Shown: positions 9,646 through 20,692, counted from the stretch's first letter. The stretch is 64,000 bases of DNA from Pseudomonadota bacterium (GCA_043797085.1 JAZDQA010000011.1:128001-192000); one strand, 5' to 3'. The notes: generated by a model not told the origin, from the letters alone. Numbers and translations: made by a program.

Positions 9646-9651
9646 TCGTTT

Positions 9652-9843
9652 ATGATAAACAATTTAAATTATAAGCTTGACTTAATAGAAAAAAATATTG
9701 AACAAAAAAGCAGTTTAGAACTGCAGCTGTTTTTGCTTGATGCAAAAGAACACTTTCTCGATATATGTAGAGAACTCACGCCAGAGCAAGAAGTTACTTT
9801 AACCGACAAGATCGCAAAAATCGAAAAATACTTAGAAAACTGA
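9652..9843 (+). CDS. Small helical hypothetical protein, probably leaderless
   Basis: 63-aa ORF with amphipathic helical composition, directly after a -10 box, no RBS. Confidence 0.6.
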   Translation: MINNLNYKLDLIEKNIEQKSSLELQLFLLDAKEHFLDICRELTPEQEVTLTDKIAKIEKYLEN

Positions 9844-9937
9844 CCTGAGCGTTTTTTAACCTGAGGTATTCTCTCAACGCCGCTCAAGAGTGAATCTGAT
9901 TCCACAAACAATTTCTAATATATCACACAAGCGTCAA

Positions 9938-10003
9938 ATTCTCATTATATTCTCATTATTTATTGTTAACATGTTGTTAACATATCATTAACAATATGCA
10001 ACA
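9938..10003 (+). promoter_or_regulatory. Two 11-bp-period direct-repeat arrays (ATTCTCATTAT x2; TTAACA x3 plus a degenerate copy), likely OmpR/PhoB-family operators
   Basis: ATTCTCATTAT at 9938 and 9949; TTAACA at 9966, 9977, 9988; GCAACA at 9998. Confidence 0.65.
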
Positions 10004-10038
10004 TAAGCTTTTATATCCGATAGACAAGAGGATAGACG

Positions 10039-10719
10039 ATGTTCACTATGCAGAATTTAAGTGTGCTTTATATTGAAAAAGATCTTGAAACTCGCCGCAG
10101 AGGTTCCTCTTTGATGCGTGACAACGGATTGAAGGTGTTTGAAACTTCAGACACAACAAACGGATGTGAATTATTTCGTATGAACGAGATTGATATCGTT
10201 ATGATTGATCTGGAACTTCCTGAAAATAGCGGCTTGAATTTTATCCGTTGTCTTCGGGGGAAAGATGTACTGACTCCGGTCATTATTACGACCGATCATT
10301 CGGATGAAGAGACGTTGTTTGAAGCGATCAATCTCGATATTACACGATATCTGATAAAACCCTGCAAAGAAAGTTCACTGCTCGAAGCCCTTCAAATGGC
10401 AATCAAAAAAACCGTTAACGCCCACCCGATAACGTATACCAAGCTACACCATGGTTTTAGTTACGATCCAATCAATAAAAGTGTCAATAACCCTGATGGA
10501 ACGGTGAGTCATTTAAGCAAAAAAAATCACCTTTTTATCGAACTGCTTTTAAAAAACAAGAAGAGTATCATCCCCTATGATGTTATAGAAATGCTCGTAT
10601 GGGAAGGCTCTATGATGACAATGGATGCCCTGCGTACATTGGTTCGCAGTGTTCGTAAAAAGACCTATATGGATATTGTTTCCAACCACAATGGGATCGG
10701 TTATAAAATCAATATTTGA
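10039..10719 (+). CDS. OmpR/PhoB-family response regulator (orphan)
   Basis: REC domain (IVMIDLELP, YLIKP) plus winged helix (ALRTLVRS.RKK...GIGYKI); acidic pocket EDD changed to EKD. Confidence 0.92.
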   Translation: MFTMQNLSVLYIEKDLETRRRGSSLMRDNGLKVFETSDTTNGCELFRMNEIDIVMIDLELPENSGLNFIRCLRGKDVLTPVIITTDHSDEETLFEAINLDITRYLIKPCKESSLLEALQMAIKKTVNAHPITYTKLHHGFSYDPINKSVNNPDGTVSHLSKKNHLFIELLLKNKKSIIPYDVIEMLVWEGSMMTMDALRTLVRSVRKKTYMDIVSNHNGIGYKINI

Positions 10720-10794
10720 TCTAAGAAGAGTAGTGTGATTTCGGAAGCACTTCAAAATATGATTTAAATTATTTTTTAAGAAAATATATTACTG

Positions 10795-10803
10795 TGCTAT
10801 AAT
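10795..10803 (+). promoter_or_regulatory. Extended -10 promoter TGCTATAAT
   Basis: Matches the TGnTATAAT sigma70 consensus, about 33 bp before the TTG start at 10837. Confidence 0.6.
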
Positions 10804-10836
10804 CAACCTAAGTAAATAACATTACAAAGGGGATGT

Positions 10837-13500
10837 TTGGTGCGGGAAGTTATTTTATTTTTTATCTTTTTTACATCATTATGTGCAACCACAATTCTTC
10901 ATCAAACCGTTAATGTCGGAGTTCTCTCTTTTCGTCCTCTCGATGAGAATCAAAAAATATGGAAACCTCTCAAAGATGAAGTTCACGCCTCCAATCCATT
11001 TCTTGATCTAAATATCACTTCCGGAAGTTTAGAAGAGATAGAAAAACTCACCGAAAAAAATGCTCTTGATTTTGTTGTCGTTCATCCTGCTGCTTTTGTG
11101 GAAATGGAGTACAAATACGGTATTTCTAATATCGCTTCCATTGTTCGAGAAACCACATCAAACGGTAATCATCTCACAACATACGGCGGTGTCATTGTTG
11201 CCCTATCCAATCGTCATGATGTTCATACGCTTTTGGATGTTCGCGGGAAAACCATCGCGACAACGCATAAAGAGGGGTTTGCTGCAATGCTTATGCAGCA
11301 AGAAACGCTCTCACAAGCCGGTATAGATATTCTTCGTGAGTGTAAAATGCTTTATACCGGTCAGCCATCAGAGACTGTGATTGATGCTCTTCGTGAGGGT
11401 AAAGCCGATATTGCTTTTGTTCGTACCGGATACATCGAAGAGATGATCAGTAAAGGTAAACTAAAAGAAGCCGAACTTACTATTATAAATCCACAAAAAG
11501 AAAAAAACTTCCCCTATCTTCTCTCTACTAAGCTTTATCCCGAATGGGCCGTTGCATCTACATCTCGTCCATCGGCTGATACAATCAAGGCATTTACGAT
11601 CGCACTGTATCAAATTCACACCGATGATTCAAAAGATTTTCATGAATTTTCCATCCCTCTTTCGAATCAAGCCGCACGGGAACTTATGCAAAAATTCCAT
11701 GTTTATCCATTTGATAATACATCTACACTGCAAGATATAGTAAAAAAATACAGCATCGCTTTAATCACATTTTTTGCATTATTAGCGATTGGAAGCGTAC
11801 TCTTTACTTTGTATTATTTTTTATCAAAACGTAAAGCATTTAAACAAGCCAAACAAATAGAATTGATTCTCGCCACTGCAACCGATGGAATTCATGTACA
11901 CGATACCAAAGGAAATTTGATTCTCTTTAGCGACTCGTTTGCACAAATGCTCGGATACACCAGAGATGAGACAGCAAAGTTGAACATTTATGATTGGGAT
12001 AAACATTTTGATCCTGAAAAAATTATCAATATGATGGAATCTATAGAGGATAAAACACTCAAATTTGAAACCAAACATCTCCGTAAAAATGGAACTGAAT
12101 TTGATGTAGAGATTCATTCCAAAGGGATGGTTCTTAATGGTAATCCCTATATTTTTGCTTCTGCAAGGGATATTACCCATCAAAAAGAAGATCAAAAACG
12201 CCTTCTTGAAGAGAAAAACCGTTTTGATCATCTCGCTCATCACGATCCGCTCACCGGTTTTCCGAATCGTCTTAGTCTGATCGAAAAACTGGAAGATAAA
12301 ATTTCTCATTACAGTGATCATCCCTTTGCCCTTATGTTTCTCGATTTGGATGGTTTTAAAGAGATTAATGATTCTTTCGGTCACCGTTTTGGAGATCAGC
12401 TACTCATCTTATTCTCGAAACTTCTGCAAAATCTGCTTCCGGATGATACTTTTATCGTCCGTACGGGGGGAGATGAGTTTGTTATACTGATGATGTGTAA
12501 AGAAAATAAAGGGCAGATAGAACAACTTTTACTGCACCTTATTCAAAAGCTTAATGACCCCTTTAATATTGATCTGATTGATGTCTATATCACGGCAAGT
12601 ATTGGTATCGCGATATATCCGCAAGATGGATCTACTCACGAAGAACTCTTACAAAAAGCCGATGCGGCTATGTACAATGCCAAAAATATCGGTAAAAATA
12701 CCTACAGTTTTTACAATACCCTATTTACTGAAAAAGCGCTCCAACGTACAATACTCTCTACTCAATTGAAAAAAGCAATTCAAAACAATGAACTGGAACT
12801 TTATTTTCAGCCTCAGGTCGATGTTGATACCGGTAATATCATCGGGGCTGAAGCACTTATGCGATGGATGACACCCAATGGAATGATCCCGCCATCAATG
12901 TTTATCCCAATAGCTGAAGAGAGCGGATTGATCTTAGAAGTAGGAAAATTTGCACTGATGCAAGGGTGCAGTACTGCTGTAGCTTTGTCAAATGAAGAGA
13001 TGCTGCATGGTCGAATTGCCATTAACGTTTCGGCCCGTCAACTGGCACATCTGGATTTTCTTGCGACTCTTGACGATGTCCTTAATTTGACTCAATGTAA
13101 TCCGCAGTATATTGAACTTGAAATTACTGAAAGTTCTATCCTTGAAAATCCTGAAAAAATGATTGCATTATTGAGCGTGATTAAGTCGAAAGGATTTAAT
13201 ATTTCTATCGATGATTTCGGTACCGGGTATTCGTCCCTCTCGTATCTTAAAAATCTTCCTATCGATAAACTCAAAATCGATCAGTCTTTTATTCGAAATA
13301 TTACGCATGAACATAAAAATCAAACGATTGTAAAAACGATCATATCTTTGGCTAAAGGGCTTGGAATGAGTGTGCTTGCTGAGGGAGTCGAAACCGAAGA
13401 TGAGATGCTGTTTTTACGGAATAACGGTATTGATTCTATACAAGGATATTATTATCATAAGCCGATGAAGATCGATTCATTTAGAGAAATAGTGAAGTAA
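10837..13500 (+). CDS. Diguanylate cyclase/phosphodiesterase with N-terminal PhnD/SsuA-like binding domain, TM, PAS, GGDEF, EAL
   Basis: VGVLSFRP, YGGVI, ADIAFVRTG, ST.LYPEW; HHDPLTG.PNR, RTGGDEF (no RxxD), EALMRW, DDFGTGYSSL. Confidence 0.94.
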   Translation: MVREVILFFIFFTSLCATTILHQTVNVGVLSFRPLDENQKIWKPLKDEVHASNPFLDLNITSGSLEEIEKLTEKNALDFVVVHPAAFVEMEYKYGISNIASIVRETTSNGNHLTTYGGVIVALSNRHDVHTLLDVRGKTIATTHKEGFAAMLMQQETLSQAGIDILRECKMLYTGQPSETVIDALREGKADIAFVRTGYIEEMISKGKLKEAELTIINPQKEKNFPYLLSTKLYPEWAVASTSRPSADTIKAFTIALYQIHTDDSKDFHEFSIPLSNQAARELMQKFHVYPFDNTSTLQDIVKKYSIALITFFALLAIGSVLFTLYYFLSKRKAFKQAKQIELILATATDGIHVHDTKGNLILFSDSFAQMLGYTRDETAKLNIYDWDKHFDPEKIINMMESIEDKTLKFETKHLRKNGTEFDVEIHSKGMVLNGNPYIFASARDITHQKEDQKRLLEEKNRFDHLAHHDPLTGFPNRLSLIEKLEDKISHYSDHPFALMFLDLDGFKEINDSFGHRFGDQLLILFSKLLQNLLPDDTFIVRTGGDEFVILMMCKENKGQIEQLLLHLIQKLNDPFNIDLIDVYITASIGIAIYPQDGSTHEELLQKADAAMYNAKNIGKNTYSFYNTLFTEKALQRTILSTQLKKAIQNNELELYFQPQVDVDTGNIIGAEALMRWMTPNGMIPPSMFIPIAEESGLILEVGKFALMQGCSTAVALSNEEMLHGRIAINVSARQLAHLDFLATLDDVLNLTQCNPQYIELEITESSILENPEKMIALLSVIKSKGFNISIDDFGTGYSSLSYLKNLPIDKLKIDQSFIRNITHEHKNQTIVKTIISLAKGLGMSVLAEGVETEDEMLFLRNNGIDSIQGYYYHKPMKIDSFREIVK

Positions 13501-13575
13501 TCTCCGTCTTTATAAAAGTTGATCCTTGAGTTTTGAATCTGCTATACTATCATTATAGATGGTAAAGGACGCAAG

Positions 13576-15276
13576 ATGAGTGAAAGTGCCTTATGTGATG
13601 AATTTCTTAGTGAAATGACACTGTTGTGTGTCGAGGATGATAAATATTCACAGATGCTTTACCCTTTACTTTTTGATGACATTGTTTCGAGAGTGATTCT
13701 CGTTGATAATGAAGTCGAAGCATATCGGCGATTTAAAGAAGATCACGTTGATATTATTATCACTGATTATCATTTGCCACAGCTCAATGGTCTTGCGCTA
13801 ATTCAAAAAATACGTGCAGACAATTCCACTATTCCTATAATTTTTGTTACAGCCATTGATGAGACGAATGTCATTATTGAGGCGCTAAAGTTGCATGTGT
13901 CTAATTTTGTTCGTAAGCCTATTAATACAGCAGAGTTGCTGGATGTTGTAACGGTTGCTGCAAAAATGGTGATTGCTGAGCGTTACATGGAAGACGAGAG
14001 AAGCAAAAAGCTTGAGCAGCTGCATGAGAAAGAGCAGTACAGTGCTTATCAGCAAAAATTGGCTTTTGATAAAGAACTTAACATTTTACGAAATGATTTT
14101 TACTATCAGATGCTTGAGTCTCCTTTGTATCACAAAGATGGAAGTTTTACCATTCCGGATTTTATTTATCGTCCGCTTGACATCCTTAGCGGTGACGCGT
14201 ATTCAGCACGTAGGATAGATGAATATCAAACGCTTTATTTACTAGTAGACGGAATGGGCAAGGGTATGTCCGCTTCGCTGAGTGCGATGCTAATGACATC
14301 CCATATCAACCATATGATTGACGGGATGCTTAAACAAGAAAAGTTTGATTTTCATGAGCTAATTATTAATGCAATGGATTATATTAGACCAATTTTACTT
14401 GATGATGAAATGCTTTCTATTGATTTTTACCTTATTAATCAAGAGCATAATACGATGTATTATGCAAAATTTGCGATGCCTCCCTCATTACTGCAGGATA
14501 ATACAAACAGGGTTATTAAAATCAAATCGAATAACCCGCCAATGAATAAATATCAAAATCAATTTAATATAGCACAAATAGATATTACGTCGATCATTAA
14601 ATTTCTTTTCTGCACGGACGGTCTTGTCGAAAATACTCTTAAAGGGGGGACTGGTATTTATGAAGAGATGGTGGAAGAAGATTTTGTAAACGCATTTACC
14701 AAAGAGGAGTTAAAAAAGCTCTTTTTTGAAAAAATTGAGACTCAAGAAGATGATGTGACACTGATATTTATAACCGATTTTACTTTAGGGGACAGTATTG
14801 TACATCATCGTATCTTCGCTTCTTCTCTGAGTGCACTTGGTGAAGCTGGAGATTGGTATGAGTCACTTTGGCATGTGCTAATTTCGGATCGTCATCCGAT
14901 TATCGAGAATGCTCAAGTTGTTTTTACCGAACTGATGATGAATGCTTATGAGCATGGAAATTTGGGGATTAGAGCAGAGACAAAGCATCATCTCATGGCG
15001 GAAGATCAATATCTCGATACATTGATGGCGAGTGAGGCGGGATGCAGTAAAATGATAGATGTAAAAATTCGCATCTTTAATCACAATACAAGCAGATACG
15101 TCGTGACACAGATTACGGATGAGGGGGCTGGATTTGACACCAAAGAACTTAGTCAAATATTTAGAAATACGACCCGTTTTAATGGTAGGGGTGTCTATCT
15201 TTCTCGACAGTCTTCTCTGGGGATTTATTATAATAAGCTCGGAAATTCAGTAATATTTTTACATAAAATATCCTAA
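13576..15276 (+). CDS. REC-PP2C(SpoIIE)-HATPase partner-switching phosphatase/kinase (HsbR-like)
   Basis: REC LCVEDD/IITDY/RKP; PP2C LSGDAY, VDGMGKG, TDGLVE, DDVT; RsbW-like ELMMNAYEHGN, DEGAGFD, GRGVYL. Confidence 0.88.
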   Translation: MSESALCDEFLSEMTLLCVEDDKYSQMLYPLLFDDIVSRVILVDNEVEAYRRFKEDHVDIIITDYHLPQLNGLALIQKIRADNSTIPIIFVTAIDETNVIIEALKLHVSNFVRKPINTAELLDVVTVAAKMVIAERYMEDERSKKLEQLHEKEQYSAYQQKLAFDKELNILRNDFYYQMLESPLYHKDGSFTIPDFIYRPLDILSGDAYSARRIDEYQTLYLLVDGMGKGMSASLSAMLMTSHINHMIDGMLKQEKFDFHELIINAMDYIRPILLDDEMLSIDFYLINQEHNTMYYAKFAMPPSLLQDNTNRVIKIKSNNPPMNKYQNQFNIAQIDITSIIKFLFCTDGLVENTLKGGTGIYEEMVEEDFVNAFTKEELKKLFFEKIETQEDDVTLIFITDFTLGDSIVHHRIFASSLSALGEAGDWYESLWHVLISDRHPIIENAQVVFTELMMNAYEHGNLGIRAETKHHLMAEDQYLDTLMASEAGCSKMIDVKIRIFNHNTSRYVVTQITDEGAGFDTKELSQIFRNTTRFNGRGVYLSRQSSLGIYYNKLGNSVIFLHKIS

Positions 15277-15318
15277 ACATTAAAAAAATGATACAATAAT
15301 CTTATTAAAGGAATAGCA

Positions 15319-15627
15319 ATGGAAAGTAAAATTATCAACGAAAATATACGCACCGTTTTGAGTGTGAGCGGTATTGTCAAGACAATCAGTGATACAGTTG
15401 TACTCAAAGAACAGATTGGTTCGTTGTTACAGCGTGAACCTGATAAGCAAATCGTTATTGATTTCCTGGATACTTTTGTAATCCCTTCTGCATTGATCGG
15501 TACATTGCAAAAATTCATTCTTGGTGATAAAGCCAAAATCTCGGTGATTGCAAGAGAACCGCAATTGTATGACTTACTGGATAATTTATGTCTGACATCA
15601 CAACTCAATGTAACCAAAAAATACTGA
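15319..15627 (+). CDS. STAS-domain anti-sigma-factor-antagonist-like protein
   Basis: 102 aa; [30 protein letters not shown] pattern; follows the partner-switching enzyme. Confidence 0.75.
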   Translation: MESKIINENIRTVLSVSGIVKTISDTVVLKEQIGSLLQREPDKQIVIDFLDTFVIPSALIGTLQKFILGDKAKISVIAREPQLYDLLDNLCLTSQLNVTKKY

Positions 15628-15640
15628 TAAAGGATTTTTA

Positions 15641-17233
15641 ATGATGAAGGTACGCCGTTCAATCGGATTGAAGATAATGTTGTATTTAATTGCTATTTTA
15701 CTTATAACTTCTGTGGTATTGCAGTTGGTAGTGACCCGAGAGTTTAAAGAAGCACAGCTTGAATCAGGAAAAAAGCATTTGCAGATGTTAAGTGCTTCTG
15801 TATTTCAGACCGTTCGTGGTGCAATGAACTTGGGCGATCCTGTCGCGGTTGAAGAAACCATAAAAAAAGCCGGAGAGATTGATGGAGTAAAAAAGCTGAC
15901 TATTTACAAATCGCCACAAGTTATAGAGCTTTTTAAACTTCCGCAACAGTCTGAAATTCCAAAAGAAGCCGTTAATGTATTTAAAAATGTCAAAGAAACA
16001 ACGGTGGTTAGTGAGGATGGTCATGTATTGAAAATTTTTAGTCCTCTTGTTGCGACTAATGAGTGTCTAATGTGTCATACAAATGCTAAAGAAGGTGATG
16101 TTCTTGGGGTAATGGATCTTGAATATTCACTTGAAGATCTTGAAAATGACATTTCTGTTATGACTAAAAAAACTATTTTGACGATGGCAGGAGGAGCAAT
16201 TTTTACCATTTTATTTTTGATGATTATGCTTCGCCGTATTATTGGAATTCCTCTCCAAGAATTATTGCAGCGAGTTAAAGATTTGGCAAGCGGTGAAGGA
16301 GATTTGACCGCTCGAGTTAGTGTTAAAAGTGAAGATGAACTAGGTGAAATTGCCTATCATATCAATCTTTTTATTGAAAAGATCCGTCAGGTTGCTGTTT
16401 CGGTTCTAGCTACTGCATCCGATTCGGAGCATATTGCTACTGTGTTATCTGCGCATGCTACCGCACTTCAAAGCAGTACTATGTCTCAAAGTGCCAAAGT
16501 GGATGAATCAAAAAAACTTACAGAGTTGGTCGAAAAAGATCTTGATTTAAGTGAAGAATATTCTATTCAAACCGCTGAAGAGATGCTCAAAAGTTATCAA
16601 GCTCTTGAAATGATGGTGGCTTCATTGGACGATGTTGTGGTCAATATTCTCACTGCCAGCAGTCGAGAGCTTGATACAAGTGCCAAAGTGGTAGAAACCG
16701 CTCAGCAGACGATGGAGATCAAAAAAATACTTACCATTATTCGAGATATTGCGGACCAGACCAATTTACTAGCACTTAATGCGGCAATTGAGGCGGCACG
16801 TGCAGGTGAGCATGGAAGAGGATTTGCCGTAGTTGCTGATGAAGTCCGTAAACTGGCAGAGCGGACACAAAAGAGTTTGTCTGAGATTGATGCAACCGTC
16901 AATATTGTGGTTCAAAGTGTCGAAGATGTAAGCCAAACGATGCATGAAAATGCGAAACGCATTAATCATATAAGCGAAGAAGCTTCTTTGGTAAAAGACC
17001 AAGCGGCTGAAACAAAAAATACCAACAAAATAACGAGTGAAATAGCGAAAAAAGCTTCAATGGAGGTTGTATCGATTGGACAACGTACGAAGGAATTGAT
17101 GAATAAAATGATAGAAACATCACATCTTGCTGCTGAAAATGAACAAATTGCAAATGAATTGCAGCAAATTGCGGGCAAACTTGATGGAGTGACCCATGAG
17201 CTTACTCGCGAGCTTGGTGCGTTTAAAGTATAG
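15641..17233 (+). CDS. Methyl-accepting chemotaxis protein with periplasmic c-type heme motif
   Basis: Two TMs; ECLMCH (CxxCH) in the periplasmic part; [42 protein letters not shown]. Confidence 0.95.
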   Translation: MMKVRRSIGLKIMLYLIAILLITSVVLQLVVTREFKEAQLESGKKHLQMLSASVFQTVRGAMNLGDPVAVEETIKKAGEIDGVKKLTIYKSPQVIELFKLPQQSEIPKEAVNVFKNVKETTVVSEDGHVLKIFSPLVATNECLMCHTNAKEGDVLGVMDLEYSLEDLENDISVMTKKTILTMAGGAIFTILFLMIMLRRIIGIPLQELLQRVKDLASGEGDLTARVSVKSEDELGEIAYHINLFIEKIRQVAVSVLATASDSEHIATVLSAHATALQSSTMSQSAKVDESKKLTELVEKDLDLSEEYSIQTAEEMLKSYQALEMMVASLDDVVVNILTASSRELDTSAKVVETAQQTMEIKKILTIIRDIADQTNLLALNAAIEAARAGEHGRGFAVVADEVRKLAERTQKSLSEIDATVNIVVQSVEDVSQTMHENAKRINHISEEASLVKDQAAETKNTNKITSEIAKKASMEVVSIGQRTKELMNKMIETSHLAAENEQIANELQQIAGKLDGVTHELTRELGAFKV

Positions 17234-17328
17234 GGTATTATACAGCCTTAAAATGCCATGTTCTGGGATTTACAAGGCGACCTGTTGTATAATATTTTAT
17301 TAATTTTTAAAACAAAGTACTTAACTAT

Positions 17329-19386
17329 ATGATAATATCATCAGCAGTAAAAGCTAAACATACTATCTTCAAACCACTGCTAAAATTAATATTGGCATTA
17401 ATAGGGATTGCAAGCAGTTATATTAGTGCAAATGACTTGCCCAATGTTTGCAGTCGAGATCAAAATCCTAATGAATTTACCGTCCTAAGCTATCACGAAA
17501 TTGCCGATAAAAGTGAAACGTTGGATTCAAATTATGCCGTTACACCGGCGCATTTTGAAGAGCAGATTCGTTGGCTTGCAGAAAGTGGCTACCATTTTAT
17601 CAGTGTAGATGATATTGTCAATTATCGACAAACTAAAAAATCTTTGCCCAGCAAGGCGGTTTTAATCACGTTTGATGATGGATACAGTTCGGTTTATGCT
17701 AACGCTTTTCCCATTATTAAAAAGTACAAAATACCGGTGGTAATCGCATTGGTAGGCAGTTGGCTGCAAGCTAAAGAAAAAGTGGATTTTGATGGGCAAC
17801 TCATTGCACGTGAAAAGTTTTTAAGTCAAGAAGAGCTAAAAGAGATGGTCAGCAGCGGTCTCGTCGAGATTGCAAGTCATACCCATTCTCTGCACAAAGG
17901 GATACAGGGCAATCCTCAGGGCAATATGCAGCCTGCAGTAAAAACGCGTCAATGGTTAAGTGATAAACACAAATATGAAGATGAAAAAAGTTATCAGCAG
18001 CGTATAACCAATGATTTAGTGAGAAATAATACTTTTTTAAAAGAGTACACCGGACAATCACCTCGAGTCATTGTTTGGCCCTATGGACATTACAACAAAA
18101 CGGTACGTAGTGTTGCTCAACAGCTTGGAATGCCTATAGGATTGACGCTTGATGATGGAAGCAATACTAAGATTATTCCTTTGTGGGGGATGAGACGAAT
18201 ATTAGTCGAAAATAAAATGACACTCAAAGATTTAGAGCTTAATATGTGGTTGCGTAATGCTAATCTTACGGATGATGATCGTACAACTAAAGCAGCTCAT
18301 ATTGATTTGGATTATATTTATGATAGTGATCTCGATCAGCAAGAGAGAAATTTGGGTGATTTATTGGAGCGAATCAAGAAGCTGGGTATTAATACGGTTT
18401 ATTTGCAGGCCTTTGCCGATCCTGATGCCAACGGTGCAGCCGATTATGTCTATTTTCCCAATCGTAATATTCCAATGCGTGCGGATTTATTTAACCGCGT
18501 AGCATGGCAAATCGTAACACGTACCCAAGTCAAGCGTGTGTATGCGTGGATGCCTATGTTGGCATGGCAACTTCCAAGAGGGCATAAAGCGGCTAAAGAT
18601 ACGTTAGTAACGCTCAAAGTTGATACCAATCATCTCAATATGGGTTATCCAAGACTCTCACCTTTTTCCCAAAAATCTCAAAAAGTTATCCGAGAAATTT
18701 ATGAAGATTTAGCAAAGTTACCTCGTATTGACGGGATTCTTTTTCATGATGATGTTACCCTTACGGATTATGAAGATGAGAGTAAATTTGCAAAAGAGCA
18801 GTATAAAAAATGGGGCTTGCCCAATAGCGTACGTAAGATCAAAGCTAGCAGAGCAGCTTATGAAAAGTGGTCAATGCTTAAAATAGATTATTTGGATGAT
18901 TTTGCACTACAGCTAGTGGGTATTGTGCGAGATGGGCATCCAGGGTTAAAATCTGCCCGTAATCTATATGCCGAAGTGGCTTCCAATTGGTTCGCTCAAG
19001 AGTGGTATGGACAAGGTTTGACTCAGTCTCTTAAAAAATATGACTATACGGCTATCATGGCAATGCCTTATATGGAAAAGGCAGAGGATAATAAGAAGTT
19101 TTATGAGACAATCGTGGATAATGTTAAACAAGAAGAGTGCGGGTTAGAACGTACTATAATGGAGCTTCAAACGGTGAATTGGCGAAAAGATGGTGAAGCG
19201 ATTTCATCTCAAGAACTGGACGAAACGATAAAAACTTTATACGATATGGGTGTGCATCATATAGCGTATTATCCCGACAGTGTATTTAAAAACATTCCTG
19301 ATGCTGATACCATCAAACACGCTTTTGAACAAAAGCCTGTACGTATGCATACGTTAATGCCAAGCAATATTGCGCCCAATAAGTAG
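17329..19386 (+). CDS. pgaB: Poly-beta-1,6-GlcNAc N-deacetylase/hydrolase PgaB
   Basis: VLSYHEI, ITFDDGY, EIASHT..LH, VWPYG, HIDLDYIYD, VYLQAFADPD.NG, MRADLFNRVAWQ, GILFHDD, MAMPYME. Confidence 0.96.
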   Translation: MIISSAVKAKHTIFKPLLKLILALIGIASSYISANDLPNVCSRDQNPNEFTVLSYHEIADKSETLDSNYAVTPAHFEEQIRWLAESGYHFISVDDIVNYRQTKKSLPSKAVLITFDDGYSSVYANAFPIIKKYKIPVVIALVGSWLQAKEKVDFDGQLIAREKFLSQEELKEMVSSGLVEIASHTHSLHKGIQGNPQGNMQPAVKTRQWLSDKHKYEDEKSYQQRITNDLVRNNTFLKEYTGQSPRVIVWPYGHYNKTVRSVAQQLGMPIGLTLDDGSNTKIIPLWGMRRILVENKMTLKDLELNMWLRNANLTDDDRTTKAAHIDLDYIYDSDLDQQERNLGDLLERIKKLGINTVYLQAFADPDANGAADYVYFPNRNIPMRADLFNRVAWQIVTRTQVKRVYAWMPMLAWQLPRGHKAAKDTLVTLKVDTNHLNMGYPRLSPFSQKSQKVIREIYEDLAKLPRIDGILFHDDVTLTDYEDESKFAKEQYKKWGLPNSVRKIKASRAAYEKWSMLKIDYLDDFALQLVGIVRDGHPGLKSARNLYAEVASNWFAQEWYGQGLTQSLKKYDYTAIMAMPYMEKAEDNKKFYETIVDNVKQEECGLERTIMELQTVNWRKDGEAISSQELDETIKTLYDMGVHHIAYYPDSVFKNIPDADTIKHAFEQKPVRMHTLMPSNIAPNK

Positions 19387-19395
19387 GAAAATTTT

Positions 19396-20688
19396 ATGAC
19401 CACTTTTATTATCTTTTTGCATTTACTATGGCATACGCTGTTAGGTTTTATCTTTTATTATCCCCTCTTTATGTCAAGTTTGTGGATAGTAGGGGCTATC
19501 TTTTTTTATTTTAAAAATGAAAAACCGTATCTTAAATATATTATTCCACCATTACGAGACAATGAAAAGTGGGAGGGTGTCAGTATTTTGATTCCTTGCT
19601 ACAACGAAGGACAAAATGCGATTGAAACCATCACCTATGCCCTTAATGTCAAATATCCCGAATTTGAGGTTATCGCCATTAATGATGGGAGTAAAGATGA
19701 TACTTTAGAGATATTACTAGAATTGGCAAAAAATAATCCGAAATTAAAAGTGGTGAATTTAGCTGAAAATCAGGGCAAAGCTTTGGGGCTTCAAGCAGGG
19801 GCATTGGTCGCAAAATATGAGTATTTGATCGGTATTGACGGGGATGCTTTGATTGATGAATATTGTGTTCATTGGATGGTGAAACATTTTATCCGCTATC
19901 CCGCAGTTGCAGCAGTAACGGGAAATCCACGCATACGCAATCGAACGACATTACTGGGTAAAATTCAAGTGGGTGAGTTTTCCTCTATTGTCGGGATGAT
20001 AAAACGGGCACAGCGCAGTTTTGGGCGGATATTTACCGTATCGGGGGTTATTACCGGTTTTAGAAAAGCGGCGGTACACGAGGTAGGCTATTGGAGTCCC
20101 GATATGCTGACCGAAGACATCGATATTACCTGGAAACTGCAACGCAACGGGTGGGATGTCCGTTTTGAACCGCGTGCTTTGGTCTGGATTTTGATGCCTG
20201 AGACATTGAGCGGTCTATGGAAACAACGGTTACGTTGGGCGATGGGCGGTGTACAAGTGATGCTGAAAAACTTCAAGGTGTTATTTATGCCAAAACAAAC
20301 CCACCTTTGGGGGCTGATGGTAGAACTAATGCTTAGTACGATTTGGGCATACAGTATGGTATTGGTCTTTTTAGTTTGGATTGTTAGTTTGTTTGTTCCG
20401 GTCAATTATTTAATGCCACAGCAATCCCCTATTTTGCCTGATCAAAGCAGTGTCATTTTGATTGGTGCTTGTTTGGTGCAGTTTGGTGTGAGTAAATGGC
20501 TGGACGGTCATTATGACCAAGGTTTAGGGAAAAATTATTTTTGGATGATTTGGTATCCGTTTGCCTATTGGCTCCTTAATTTGTTTACGGCAGTAACGGC
20601 ACTTCCAAAAGTGTTGTTCGGTAAAAAAGGTCGTGCGAGGTGGGTTAGCCCTGATCGTGGTGCGCATCAACAGGTCAAAAAAGGTTAA
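19396..20688 (+). CDS. pgaC: Poly-beta-1,6-GlcNAc synthase PgaC (GT2)
   Basis: IPCYNE, NDGSKD, IDGDA, TGNPRIRNR, TEDIDITWKLQ, LWKQRLRWA, RARW.SPDRG. Confidence 0.97.
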   Translation: MTTFIIFLHLLWHTLLGFIFYYPLFMSSLWIVGAIFFYFKNEKPYLKYIIPPLRDNEKWEGVSILIPCYNEGQNAIETITYALNVKYPEFEVIAINDGSKDDTLEILLELAKNNPKLKVVNLAENQGKALGLQAGALVAKYEYLIGIDGDALIDEYCVHWMVKHFIRYPAVAAVTGNPRIRNRTTLLGKIQVGEFSSIVGMIKRAQRSFGRIFTVSGVITGFRKAAVHEVGYWSPDMLTEDIDITWKLQRNGWDVRFEPRALVWILMPETLSGLWKQRLRWAMGGVQVMLKNFKVLFMPKQTHLWGLMVELMLSTIWAYSMVLVFLVWIVSLFVPVNYLMPQQSPILPDQSSVILIGACLVQFGVSKWLDGHYDQGLGKNYFWMIWYPFAYWLLNLFTAVTALPKVLFGKKGRARWVSPDRGAHQQVKKG

Positions 20689-20692
20689 GAAA

